Source of the DNA: Podarcis melisellensis
Taxonomy: Eukaryota
Direction: 5' to 3' (one strand)
Assembly: GCA_964234715.1 (NCBI GenBank)
Contig: OZ174281.1
DNA length: 64,000 nucleotides
A program made the translations under genes and the position numbers. The notes below the pieces were generated by a model that saw only the letters and a program-made list of their open reading frames with translations, searched no databases and was not told the origin of the DNA. Shown piece after piece: positions 38,201 to 47,620 of this stretch. Numbering within the stretch: position 1 is the stretch's first letter; each line of letters begins with the position of its first letter.

Positions 38201-41200
38201 AAATCTGATCTGAAACATATTCAAACCCACTAAAGTACATGGCACAATAAATAAGTGTGGGTTATACACTTAACTGTGTGCGCGCACGCGCGCACACACA
38301 CACACACACACTTACATCTGTAGTGTTTTTAAAAAACAGAGCCTCTAGCAACACAACCCTAAACCCGTTTACTCAGACTTTAAGTCGCACTGAGATAAAT
38401 GAGCCATCCTCTCCCACATAAGTATAGAATTGCAGTCTTAAAATATTGAAAACATGCATATGAAGTTATAAAACTAATATATGTAAAACTATATTTAAAC
38501 AAAATGTTGAAAGGTTTGTGTTATGCTGTTTTATAGACGTTGCAGTTGAAAGAGGAGGAAAATAAGAGGCTTAATCAAAGATTGGTAAGCATATAACAAA
38601 ATTATGTGTTTAGAAAACAGATGTGGTTAAACAGGTAGGTTTTTGCCACTCTTGGCTTGTGGCAATGAGACTTAACTCAAGAGGGTATGCCTTTATAATA
38701 CAGCGTTAAGCCAGGCTACATTTGGATGTGATGATCCTTGTAATTGAGAGGCCCAGGAAAACTGTTGAGGAGTAAAAAATAATAATTAAACCAATACTTT
38801 CAAAGTGGTGGGGAGAGCAAATATTCCTTTTTAAAAAAGTTATTTTTGTTTATTTGATTTCTCTCTTTTTAAAAAAAAAATCTAAGACATTTCAGAATTT
38901 GAGGATGGGAGTAGTTTTTCAAAGAAACAAGGAAAATTATTCATATGTATGTTTGTGTGTGTGTGTGTGTGTATTGCTTGAAAATAAAGCTAGCAATATA
39001 TAGTGAGGAACAGCCTTGCCAGAAGCAGTTCCATGGGAGTTGCTAGGAGCTGATCTAGTCTAAGATGTATGATCTAGAATTGTGATGCATTAGTCTAGAA
39101 GCATGATGTCATAACAGGAGAGATGTGGCTACATGGGGTTCTGGAACTCATAGCACTCATGAAAGCTGCTGGTATTCCAGCACTAAGAGTGTTTATTAGA
39201 TTTATTTATGTTTCTGTTTGTGATTTGTGTAAAGGACTTTGACTAGGTATGCAGTGGTGTTCATTTAGGGATGGTTGGCAGTAGACTTGATTGATCAATT
39301 GATTAAATCATTCTTGATTAAAGATTATTTCAGGAAGGCTTGTCCCTCATTGCTGAACTTCCCCACAGTGTACAGCCATCAAGGAGTGCTGGGAGTATAG
39401 AAAACATGCCTTAGAACGAGTAACCTGCATAGCACCCTCCAGATGTAGTCGGTCAGGGATGATGGGTGTTGTAGTCAGTCAGCCATGTTGCCGGGGACTG
39501 ATGGAAATGATAGTCCAGCAAAATCAGGAGGAAACCACATTGGCTACCCCTGCTATTGATGCATCCCCAAAGGCTCTGCAAAACAGAGAATATTCAGCAG
39601 GCAAGCTGGAGTCTTGCCTGGTTTCTTTAATGAGATTTTGTAACCACTTCATAGGAATAGAAATATTATAGGTTTCTAATTACTTTGAAACTAAGAATCA
39701 GTGATACTGTAATAGTTTTGCATAATAATGATGTTGAAGTGCAGTAAAAAGTAGTTTTCATTGGAGGTATTTTTCACTGGCATTCTAAAATACTATTGGT
39801 TGGATCCAACATAGTACTACAGTAAACATCCCAATGGTAATCCTTGTGCGAGTGCAGTTATTGAGTTGACTACCATCCTACGTAATCCTATCCATTTTTA
39901 CTTGTAAAGTACGTCTCACTGATTTAAATAATTTGCTTCTAAAAGTTTGTAGCCAAACTTTCATTTAATGGCAAACTTTCCTTTTCCCCCTCATGTGAAG
40001 TCTAATATATCTTATATTGTTCCAGTTACAGATAGGTAGCCGTGTTGGTCTGCCATAGTCAAAACAAAAAAAATTCCTTCCAGTAGCACCTTAAAGACCA
40101 ACTAAGTTAGTTCTTGGTATGAGCTTTCGTGTGCATGCACACTTCTTCAGATACACTGAAACAGAAGTTTCCAGACCCTTCTATATAGTGAGAAGGTGGG
40201 GAGGGGTATTACTCAGAAGGGTGGTGGGAATGGGTGATGGGCAATCACAGCTATCTGCCCATCACCCATTCCCACCACCCTTCTGAGTAATACCCCTCCC
40301 CACCTTCTCACTATATAGAAGGGTCTGGAAACTTCTGTTTCAGTGTATCTGAAGAAGTGTGCATGCACACGAAAGCTCATACCAAGAACTAACTTAGTTG
40401 GTCTTTAAGGTGCTACTGGAAGGAATCTTATATTGTGTTCAGCTGAACACTAACAAAGCTACAAGAGAGCATTTGGGAGTTGGATGTATGATTTAAAGAC
40501 CGTTTTTGTCAGTAACAGAAGTTTCACAAGGGGAAAACAGTAACTTAATTATTTCACAAGTAAGCACGAATAATCTAAAGCTAGTTTTTGCCAGTCCATG
40601 GGTAATTATAGCTGCTACTTGGTTTTGAAGCAACTAATGTAGCAGCCAAGAGCATGACTGCATTTTTTCTTGATACTCCCAAGATTTTATCAGCAAATGC
40701 TTCCTTTCATTTACGTCATCATAAAGAAGAGATGTGAAGTACATTCTCTCAGCTCGGATGTACTGTGAGAGCAAGGATTTATGTTCAGTTTTCCATTGAT
40801 TGAGAGTTATTTTAGGACCCTCTTAGTATCTACGAGGTGCAGTAAGGAAACAGACCTCTTTCATCTAGAGTCACTGGAACATGTCATTTTTGTGACTGAG
40901 ACTATGAAAAACCCTGAGTTGAAATGTCATAAAATAAAGGAAAGATTCTAAAAGGTGTGGGGTGACCGGACAAAAGCGTATATATTCAGCTTTTATGTTC
41001 CATATGGACAGAAAGTTACACTGTCAACATAGCAGAACACAAATTGGTTGCCTCTTAATAGCCCTGTCGAGCATGTCGATCTTTGGATTCAGGCCAATAT
41101 GTTGAAGAGAAAAGCCTAACAGAGGAAACAGATGATAAAAGTAATTATTTTATATACTGAGACTTAAGGCCAGATCTGGTGATGAGGCACATAGTTTTTA

Positions 41201-44200
41201 AAAGCCTTGTTTAAAATTATGATGAAATAAGAAAGCATGTTAATAAACTTATTGATGGTGGTTGGACCTGGAAATGCCATGAAAGATTTTTACAATATAA
41301 AATAGGTGATTCCCCCCCCCCCCCATTTACTTTTTGTTCGTCTCTTTGAAATGGTTGTGCACAGAATGGTCCTTGGAAAAATTATACTTTTAAGAGAAGT
41401 TTTATATTGTGTGGAAATGATTTTGATGCGTCATTGAATATGGGTTTCAGTATTTGATGTAAGTGTCCATGCTCTTTTGGTAGCGGTGTGAATGCTGAGC
41501 ATAATTTGGTCAGCTTCTGAAGGTTTTCCTTTCCCTTTTGGTGTGTGGGGAATAGTCCTGCTTGCAGTCTTTTCATAGGCATCTGGTGAGAACAGCATAC
41601 CGAGCTAGTTGGACCTTTGGTTTGATACAGCAGGACTCCTGTTATATTCTTGCCCGTTTGACTCAGAGTGAAGTACTCACTCCAAGCCCAAACAACAGGG
41701 GTGAGCAACCTTTTTGACCCCAAGGGGCTGTAGGCAGGATTGGCAGTAAGTTGAGGACTGCGTGCTTACATTCATGTTTGTGTGTGCACATACATGCCCT
41801 ACTGCCACACACATCCTCACACAGAAACCTTGTCACAACCTTCCCATCACACTCTTTTTCATACAAGTAATAGTAAAAAGGAACTTGCTGCTGCTGCCAC
41901 CACCATCCCAGTGCATTCACACATTTTTGTTTCATTACTGAACCTCTGTCCTCATTGCCTTCCTTTTTAAAATTGAGTTTCACAGTGGCAGGTCAGTACA
42001 GTACCAGCTATTCAGTTAATGCCATTCAAAGTTAAATTGAGTACAAGTGAATGATCATCACCATATGCAGATTCTCAGTTGGAACTCCTGAGTGTAGCTG
42101 ATCCCTGCAAAAAAAATCTAGCACCAATGCAAGATGTGCTTTTGGTAGGAATCTTTGTGGCCCCACTCATCTGTCAAAAATAGCCTGTGAAGAGAGAACC
42201 AGTTTTGCATCCAGGCTATTGGTTAAAGAGCACTCCGGCTATGCCTTCACTGGTGTCTGGTGTGTCCCTAGGCAGTCTAATAAGTGGTAATAGAAATATC
42301 TTACAATATTGACCCTATAGCGAGAATATGTTGCAGAAACCCTTCAGAAAAGGATAATAATAATGCTGTCTCATTTTTGCAGATGTCTCAAAGCATGTCT
42401 TCGGTGTCTCTAAGACATTCTGAGAAAATTGCAATCAGAGAGTAAGTATGGGTGTTGATAATGGTCAAGTATTTTTTCTTCTTTCTGTTTTATTGAATTC
42501 TTTTTTAAAAAAATCCTCCTCTGGTAAATGCTTTTTAAAGTTCTAATTGAGTGCAGACTGAAAACAGTATATCTGAAAAGCTACTGAGTAAGTCAGTTCT
42601 CTGCCTTGGTTTATTTAATTGTTCCTATTGTTTTAGGCAAGCATCAAATTGCCCCACCCCACCCTGGGTGTCCTTTTGAAAAAATGCATTGTTTGTGTTG
42701 GGATAGATAATATCCTAGAATTAAACTGCCAAATACGAAAAACCTGGTTGATGTCATTCAAGAGATACTGGTCTGCATCCTTAAGGGAGTACTCTCCTGT
42801 AGAGGTTCCCCACACACAACTGTGCAACTGAAAGTGAGGATTTGAACATGTCTTCCCACTTCTACTCTGATACTACCTACTGCACAGTACTGGCTGTATT
42901 TTTTAGAACAACAGCCCACTACATATGTACTTTTGTTTTACAAAGTCATATAGAAACGCCTAATGGGATGCAGTTTGTTTTATAAAGTTGTCCTGATCCA
43001 CTGGCTCAAAGGAGGGCTTGTGGGACTGGTCAGATGCAGGGATACCAAAGAAGGATGTCAAAAATGCCAGTGACCAGTTCTAGTGCTTTATTTTGAAAAA
43101 GGTGGGGACTTGCAGCCAACCAGCCTGCCAGGTCTTCCAGCCTTTACAAAAGTGGGGTGGACATCGCAGTAAGGAGGTGGCTTGTCCGCACCCAAGGAGA
43201 CATGTATATATCCTTTATGCACAAAGCAACATACGTGAGTTTACCCAGAACCTCCCATCACACCTGGCCAGTGAGGCCATAGGTGGCAACTGTCCAAAGC
43301 TTCTCCCTTCTCTGGGCCTAGAGCCCAGAGCCCACAGATAAGCACAGCATCAAAGCAAGCCAGTTAGCATATATCAAAGCAAGTGAATATAAACATCTAT
43401 GAGCTCATTTGTGCAACAACTGCCAATTAGTTTGGGGTTATCTTGACTACCAAGACAGTGTCTTCCAGAACATTTCGCCTTTGGTTCAACACAACAGTCC
43501 CCGATTCTGGCAACATGTCCATACCTAGCTGGTGAAAGCAAAAACTACATAATGCCTCAAAAGCATATCACGGCACCAAAGTGTGTAAAGGGCATAATGA
43601 CTCAGGCTGCAATCTTGTGGTCCCTTTCCTAGGAGGAAGCCCACTGAACTTAGTAGGGCTTTTCCCTGAGTAAACAAAAATACAATTGTGCTGCTTTTCT
43701 TCTGAGCCTTGTATTTTTTATCCAGTTTTCAGGTTGGCGATTTGGTTCTCATTATTTTGGATGAACGTCACGACAACTATGTATTATTTACTGTTAGCCC
43801 AACTTTGTATTTCTTACACTCAGAATCTCTTGCTGCACTGGATCTCAAACCAGGTGAGTGTGGTAAGTGTCATAACTCTGGAGAGAATGTTCTTCTGATG
43901 CATTTAAATATTCAGTCTTGCAATAATCTGCTTAAAATTTATGTTTGAACATGTGAATGCATGTATTACATATACGTGTTGGAGCCAGTATATATATAAC
44001 CGCTGGCTAGTGCATGATTCCCACATCTTATGAAAAATGTAAACATGAAGAGGGAATTGTGCACATTCTCCAGTCATTTTCCAGCAGGACTTATTGAATG
44101 CTTACAAGTTGATAGTATTTTGTACATATATTTTCCATGCATTATCTCCAAAGGTATTTGAGTGGGGCATTGTATACAATCTAACTGCATTTTTTACATT

Positions 44201-46731
44201 TTCTGGGCAATGTGCACATTTGCCAGCCATTATGCAGATGTACCAAGAAACATACCCTTTGTTTCTATCTGTAGTACAGAGGTGGGCAATCCCTTGCTGC
44301 ATACTATGTCCAGCCCACTGTTTTAATTTTATGCAGCTTGTGGTGTCCTCTCCTGCTGATGAACTGAGCAGTGGGAGAATGAGGGTGTAGCCGCTGTCTT
44401 TTTTCTCCTGCTATTTAAGTGTTCTATGCAGATTAGTTGAGCAGCATTGAGGATGGAGGTTTAATGCTTTGCTTCTCTAATGAGTAGTAGGGAAGCAATA
44501 TCTGTGGGTGGGTGGATTTGAGGAAGGTGCATAGCTGTCAACTTTTCCCTTTTCTTGCGAGGAATCCTATTCGGAATAAGGGAATTTCCCTTAAAAAGGG
44601 GGGAAAGTTGACAGCTATGGGGAGGTGGCATGAAAAAAGATGAAGAATCAAAGTATGCCCCACTAATTAATGTCCATGTAGCTTTAAAGTTGCCTAAGGA
44701 AGTTTCCTACAGTGCTGGATTGGGCAACTGAAGTGTAGCAGAGATGAAGGTGAGCTGTCTGCCTGCTTTTATCTTCTATTGCTCCTTGGTGAGAGTAGAT
44801 CCCTCTTACGCACCATATAATAAACCAATTTCTTTTGTCAGTACAGTTATACCTCAGGTTAAATATGCTTCAGGTTGAGCGCTTTTGGGTTGCACTCCGC
44901 GGCGACCTGGAAGTAATGGAACGCATTACTTCCAGGTTTCACCGCTTGCACATGCCCAGACGGTCAATGACATCACGCGCATGCGCGGAAGCAGCGAATT
45001 GCAACCTGCAGATCCGGGTTGCTTTCGCTTCAGGATGCAAACGGGGATCCAGAACGGATCCCGTTCATATCCAGAGGTACCACTGTATGTCGCAAAAGGA
45101 TGACAATATGCCACTATACACATTTTTGCTGGTATACGCTTTTTCAAATTCAAATGCAAGATTATGAGTTTAGAATATTGTACCAATTTGAGTTAACATT
45201 TTGTATATGGAAGTTTTTTATTCCATCAGATAATTAAAATTAAGATTATAATGTGCCTGCTAGATAAATGGCCATGGACAATTTTGTGCCTAAAGTAGCG
45301 CCTAGGACTTGCTGATCGAAAGGTCGGCGGTTCGAATCCCTGCGGCGGGGTGCGCTCCCGCTGCTCGGTCCCAGCGCCTGCCAACCTAGCAGTTTGAAAG
45401 CACCTCCGGGTGCAAGTAGATAAATAGGGACCGCTTACCAGCGGGAAGGTAAACGGCGTTTTCCGTGTGCGGCTCTGGCTCGCCAGAGCAGCGATGTCAC
45501 ACTGGCCATGTGACCCGGAAGTGTCTCCGGACAGCGCTGGCCCCTGGCCTCTTAAGTGAGATGGGCGCACAACCCCAGAGTCTGTCAAGACTGGCCCGTA
45601 TGGGCAGGGGTACCTTTACCTTTTACCTAGTTTGGATAATATCATGCCACAAGTAATAAATATTCTCCTTCCAGCTTCAGGAGCATCTCGAAGACCTTGG
45701 GTGTTGGGAAAAGTGATGGAAAAGGAATATTGTCAGGCAAAAAAGGTAAGGATAGATATTCAGTTTCAGCATGGCTCATTGAAAATATTTGCAAGATTTC
45801 CTTTTAGTTAAGAGGGAACTTTACCCTCATTCTTACTCATAACTCTGTTTTAAACTCAGTTGTAGGAGTAATATTTAAAGTACCATATTTTTCTGTCTGT
45901 AAGATGCCCCCTATTTTGGGGGACTCAGATTTAAGAAAATGGAGGGGAGATGTATCTATACATAAGACGCCCCCTAATTTTTGACATTATTTTTTAAGGG
46001 GAAAACCTAGTCTTATACACGGAAAAATAAAGTAATTGTTAGCTTTTTAATTCATCCCTCACATATCATAGCCATCAACACTACTATTTTTTATGAAAGT
46101 GCTCTGGATCAACTTCTTAAGTCTAAAAGCTTGGCTAACTATGAAATACTTTTAAATATCTTGGGGCAAGTACTTCAGTAATTTGCTGAGCTGCTGCCAA
46201 TAGCTAATCAAGAAGCAAGTGCTTTGAGGTGTCACAAAATTACATTTTTTTACCCATAGCCCACTAGATGGTGAAATAGTAATTTACCTCAAAAGGAGAT
46301 TCAGTTTCACTTAATGTACATTAAATACCTTATTCTGTTAAATTGGGTAGATTTAGTTACATTGCCCATTCACAGAGAATTTCTGCATATTTGACCATTT
46401 TCACCTTAAAGATACTGAGCTTGTCAAAGGACGCTTGATTTATATTTAGCTAGTGTTATTGTGCTTGCATGAATTAGTGAACCATTATTGTGAATAAAAA
46501 CAAGCTGTGATTATGGACTGGGCTGGGGGGAGGCCATTCAGCTGCCAGCTCAACCATGCTGCAAAGAAATGAGATGAAAAAGTATTGTCTTCTGACTAGC
46601 TCTGGTATATTTCAAATAATTCTTTGCATATGTGTGTTTTTGTTTTTGCTTAGGCACAAAACAGATTTAAAGTTCCTTTGGGTACAAAATTCTACAGAGT
46701 AAAAGCAGTGCCATGGAACAAGAAAGTATAA
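8188..46731 (+). CDS. RB1CC1: RB1-inducible coiled-coil protein 1 (FIP200); spliced CDS of 22 coding exons, 1591 aa (1594 aa with the alternative donor)
   Basis: Starts MKLYVFLVNTGTTLTFDTE and ends KFYRVKAVPWNKKV*. All introns are GT-AG with consistent phase; exon lengths sum to 4776 nt. N-terminal Ubl/Atg17-like region, coiled coil, C-terminal Atg11/Claw domain. Confidence 0.97.
8798..8924 (+). CDS. RB1CC1: RB1CC1 exon 4
   Basis: CAG| VADLKQAIQTKYKIAIQHQVLVVNGGECM...YSAGT |GTAAAT. Confidence 0.95.
9013..9183 (+). CDS. RB1CC1: RB1CC1 exon 5
   Basis: CAG| DTNPIFLFNKEMIL...TVASRTQLAV |GTAAGC. Confidence 0.95.
11350..11552 (+). CDS. RB1CC1: RB1CC1 exon 6
   Basis: CAG| EMYEIAKKLCSFCEGLVHDEHLQHQGWAAIMANL...KLT |GTAGGT. 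Confidence 0.95.
12503..12938 (+). CDS. RB1CC1: RB1CC1 exon 7
   Basis: AAG| LGAAVSIMAKIPLLE...RKCFDSMSR |GTAAGT. Confidence 0.93.
13665..14125 (-). mobile_element. BovB (RTE LINE) 3' fragment
   Basis: ORF ...KAMVFPVVMYGSESWTIKKADRRRIDAFELWCWRRLLRVPWTARRSN...VHGVTKSRTRL; (CAA)n tail; exact 13-bp TSD ACTCTCTCTATTT at 13652-13664 / 14126-14138. Confidence 0.93.
14662..14832 (+). CDS. RB1CC1: RB1CC1 exon 8
   Basis: CAG| LDPRIIQPFLADCRQ...EQKELAQ |GTAATG. Confidence 0.95.
15186..15373. mobile_element. Tc1/mariner-type MITE (CAGTGGTACCTC TIRs)
   Basis: TIRs CAGTGGTACCTC...GAGGTACCACTG followed by TA; related to 44844-45085. Confidence 0.75.
18470..18720 (-). mobile_element. CR1 LINE 3' end
   Basis: GTTGGAAGGGACCCCAAGGGTCATCTAG..CAACCCCCTGC CR1 3'-UTR motif preceded by degraded ORF2 C-terminus. 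Confidence 0.75.
18893..19047 (-). mobile_element. L2 LINE 3' end with (CAT)n microsatellite
   Basis: TTTATACCCCGCCCATCT.GCTG.GTTTCCCCAGCCAC shared with the 22849 copy. Confidence 0.75.
19121..19305 (+). CDS. RB1CC1: RB1CC1 exon 9
   Basis: TAG| GFLANQKRAENLKD...NNLQVRL |GTAAGT. Confidence 0.95.
19975..20161 (+). CDS. RB1CC1: RB1CC1 exon 10
   Basis: TAG| WCCFVMLHADQDGEK...KHYRE |GTAAGC. Confidence 0.95.
20268..20349 (+). CDS. RB1CC1: RB1CC1 exon 11
   Basis: TAG| WAAALIKDGKHLYDAEKAKRESFGKLF |GTAAGT. Confidence 0.93.
21083..21144 (+). CDS. RB1CC1: RB1CC1 exon 12
   Basis: CAG| KSFLRNRLFRGLDAWPPSFC |GTGAGT. Confidence 0.93.
21754..21857 (+). CDS. RB1CC1: RB1CC1 exon 13
   Basis: CAG| TRKPRRFDGELPDIS...EVQPLL |GTAAAA. 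Confidence 0.93.
22394..22495 (-). mobile_element. tRNA-Lys-derived SINE fragment with CR1 tail
   Basis: (ATTCTATG)n tail; GCCCAACGTGGGACTCAAACCCACGACC is the reverse complement of a tRNA-Lys 3' half. Confidence 0.7.
22634..22760 (+). CDS. RB1CC1: RB1CC1 exon 14
   Basis: AAG| VPILCDFEPLHQHVLALHNLVKAAQSLDEMSQTITDLLNEQK |GTACCA. Confidence 0.93.
22849..23260 (-). mobile_element. L2 LINE 3' fragment
   Basis: ORF ...RFKVLVLTFKALNGLSPVYL...RAFSVVAPALWNALP...FRKHLKAALF, typical of the L2 ORF2 C-terminus; (TTA)n tail. Confidence 0.88.
24902..24936. repeat. Poly-G plus (GA)n microsatellite
   Basis: Direct reading. Confidence 0.9.
25246..27152 (+). CDS. RB1CC1: RB1CC1 exon 15 (1907 nt; LIR-like FDFETI motif and long coiled coil)
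   Basis: Matches the 625-aa ORF; TAG| acceptor, AG|GTACTG donor; DAHTFDFETI motif at ~25411-25440. Confidence 0.96.
33435..33588 (+). CDS. RB1CC1: RB1CC1 exon 16
   Basis: TAG| SVESSASSLVAELQEKLQEEK...TAEQQ |GTAGAC. Confidence 0.92.
34411..34519 (+). CDS. RB1CC1: RB1CC1 exon 17
   Basis: CAG| TTFNTVLTREKMKKE...QQERDK |GTAAGC. Confidence 0.93.
34616..34856 (+). CDS. RB1CC1: RB1CC1 exon 18
   Basis: CAG| LIESLSEDRACLLEEKKK...ETSMMAV |GTTAGT. Confidence 0.88.
36146..36200 (+). CDS. RB1CC1: RB1CC1 exon 19
   Basis: TAG| ENVQILSEEKQRIMMLEK |GTGAGT. Confidence 0.92.
37843..38035 (+). mobile_element. CR1 LINE 3' end
   Basis: NFLTVRAVRQWNLLPRSVVESPSLEVFKQRLD-like ORF2 end; TCTATGATTCTATGA tail. Confidence 0.85.
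38275..38310. repeat. Alternating purine-pyrimidine (TG/CG/CA)n tract
   Basis: TGTGTGCGCGCACGCGCGCACACACACACACACACA. Confidence 0.9.
38537..38584 (+). CDS. RB1CC1: RB1CC1 exon 20
   Basis: TAG| TLQLKEEENKRLNQRL |GTAAGC. Confidence 0.92.
40117..40154 (-). ncRNA. Minimal hammerhead ribozyme motif (mirror copy)
   Basis: Exact reverse complement of 40345-40382. Confidence 0.7.
40345..40382 (+). ncRNA. Minimal (type I, PLE-like) hammerhead ribozyme motif
   Basis: GTAT-CTGAAGA-A-GTGTGC-AT-GCACAC-GAAA-GC-TC^-ATAC: CUGANGA and GAAA cores, stem II, stem I and a palindromic AGCU in place of stem III. Confidence 0.7.
42383..42441 (+). CDS. RB1CC1: RB1CC1 exon 21
   Basis: CAG| MSQSMSSVSLRHSEKIAIR |GTAAGT. 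Confidence 0.93.
42994..43515 (-). mobile_element. Probable solo LTR
   Basis: TG...CA ends; 5-bp direct repeat TGTCC on both sides; - strand TATA-like (~43205) and AATAAA (43087-43092). Confidence 0.5.
43726..43853 (+). CDS. RB1CC1: RB1CC1 exon 22 (Claw domain; alternative end 43862)
   Basis: CAG| FQVGDLVLIILDERHDNYVLFTVSPTLYFLHSESLAALDLKP; donors |GTGAGT (43854) and |GTAAGT (43863). Confidence 0.94.
44530..44619. mobile_element. 90-bp hAT-type MITE
   Basis: TIR CATAGCTGTCAACTTT / AAAGTTGACAGCTATG; 8-bp TSD GGAAGGTG/GGGAGGTG. Confidence 0.75.
44844..45085. mobile_element. Tc1/mariner-type MITE
   Basis: TA-flanked; CAGTTATACCTC...GAGGTACCACTG. Confidence 0.75.
45299..45628 (+). mobile_element. 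Sauria SINE (young, CpG-rich)
   Basis: B box GGTTCGAATCC at 45329-45339; ACCTTTACCTTTTACC tail. Confidence 0.88.
45675..45745 (+). CDS. RB1CC1: RB1CC1 exon 23
   Basis: CAG| SGASRRPWVLGKVMEKEYCQAKK |GTAAGG. Confidence 0.94.
45883..46032. mobile_element. Degraded Tc2/pogo-type MITE
   Basis: TA-CCATATTTTTC...GGAAAAATAAAG-TA imperfect TIRs; internal TAAGAYGCCCCCTA repeats. Confidence 0.5.
46654..46731 (+). CDS. RB1CC1: RB1CC1 exon 24 coding part
   Basis: TAG| AQNRFKVPLGTKFYRVKAVPWNKKV TAA. Confidence 0.96.
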   Translation, partial: AQNRFKVPLGTKFYRVKAVPWNKKV

Positions 46732-47620
46732 CACATGATGGAAACTCCTCATCACCATTTTTTTCTGGCCTGGCCTTCAGTGCTCATTCACCACTCCCAA
46801 GTAGCAGGCCATCATCTTTTTATACTGAGGTCCCATGACAATGCTCCACAATGTAATACTGTCCCCCCCTCCCTTCTTCCTTTTTAACGTGTTACATTTT
46901 AGAAACAAGGATTTCATCACAACGTCTGGCCTAACTGTTCCAATTTTTTTTACCTGGATAACTTTAGAAGTGTGGACCAAATGAGTTCATTTTCTGAAAG
47001 GGCAAATCTTACATATCATGGCTTATTTACTAGCCATGCTAATAGCCTGTTAAATATACATTAGTTCCTATTAGGTGTTAAATGTTAGCTACCATTATTA
47101 CCAGCATATGACCTTTTGTGAAATCATTATCAAAATACTTGCACTCTTTAACAGATTCTTTATAATATGTATAAATTCATCAGTTATTTAAAGAGGAGTG
47201 TTCATTGCATGCAGATAATCATAAGTTTCTTCAACATGAGTTTGCCTCAGTAGATGAAAAGGTAACTACTGCAACTGGTGTTACAAAGCCCTTTAATAGA
47301 AGAGAGAGAGAAGAAAAATGTTGGACTGATACGAAACAGCAATAGGTAAAGCTTTTTCAAAGGATTGATCACAGAATTTTGAAGGGAAGCAGATGTGCTC
47401 TTGTATTTAAAAGAAGCACCTGAACCTTCCCAAACCACAGAGAAGTCTTGTATTAATCTATTTAGAAAAATCATATTGATAAAATTATATTTCATGGCTG
47501 AGGTTCAGGAAAAAAAGAATCCATTGTACATTAACTATGAAAAGGTCATTGAAGTAACAAATTATTGTATTGTAAAAGACACGTAGAATTTTCAAACAAT
47601 AAAGATTTGAACCTGTAAAT
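46732..47620 (+). other. RB1CC1: RB1CC1 3' UTR (to the first AATAAA; may extend further)
   Basis: AT-rich, repeat-free stretch after the stop codon. Confidence 0.65.
47598..47603 (+). terminator. Polyadenylation signal AATAAA (second candidate at 47848-47853)
   Basis: First canonical hexamer after the stop codon. Confidence 0.6.

Larger units (their letters stand above)
40021..40425. mobile_element. Penelope-like retroelement terminal fragments in inverted arrangement
   Basis: Perfect 171-bp inverted repeat (40073-40243 / 40256-40426); TSD TCTTATATTGT at 40010-40020 / 40426-40436; hammerhead-like core in each arm. Confidence 0.8.

Noticed and set aside
40073-40426. Hairpin as an assembly fold-back artefact or a pre-miRNA
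   Set aside because: The flanking TSD, unique 12-nt loop and asymmetric extension fit a real retro-insertion, and a perfect 171-bp stem is unlike a pre-miRNA. Read-level confirmation is still advisable
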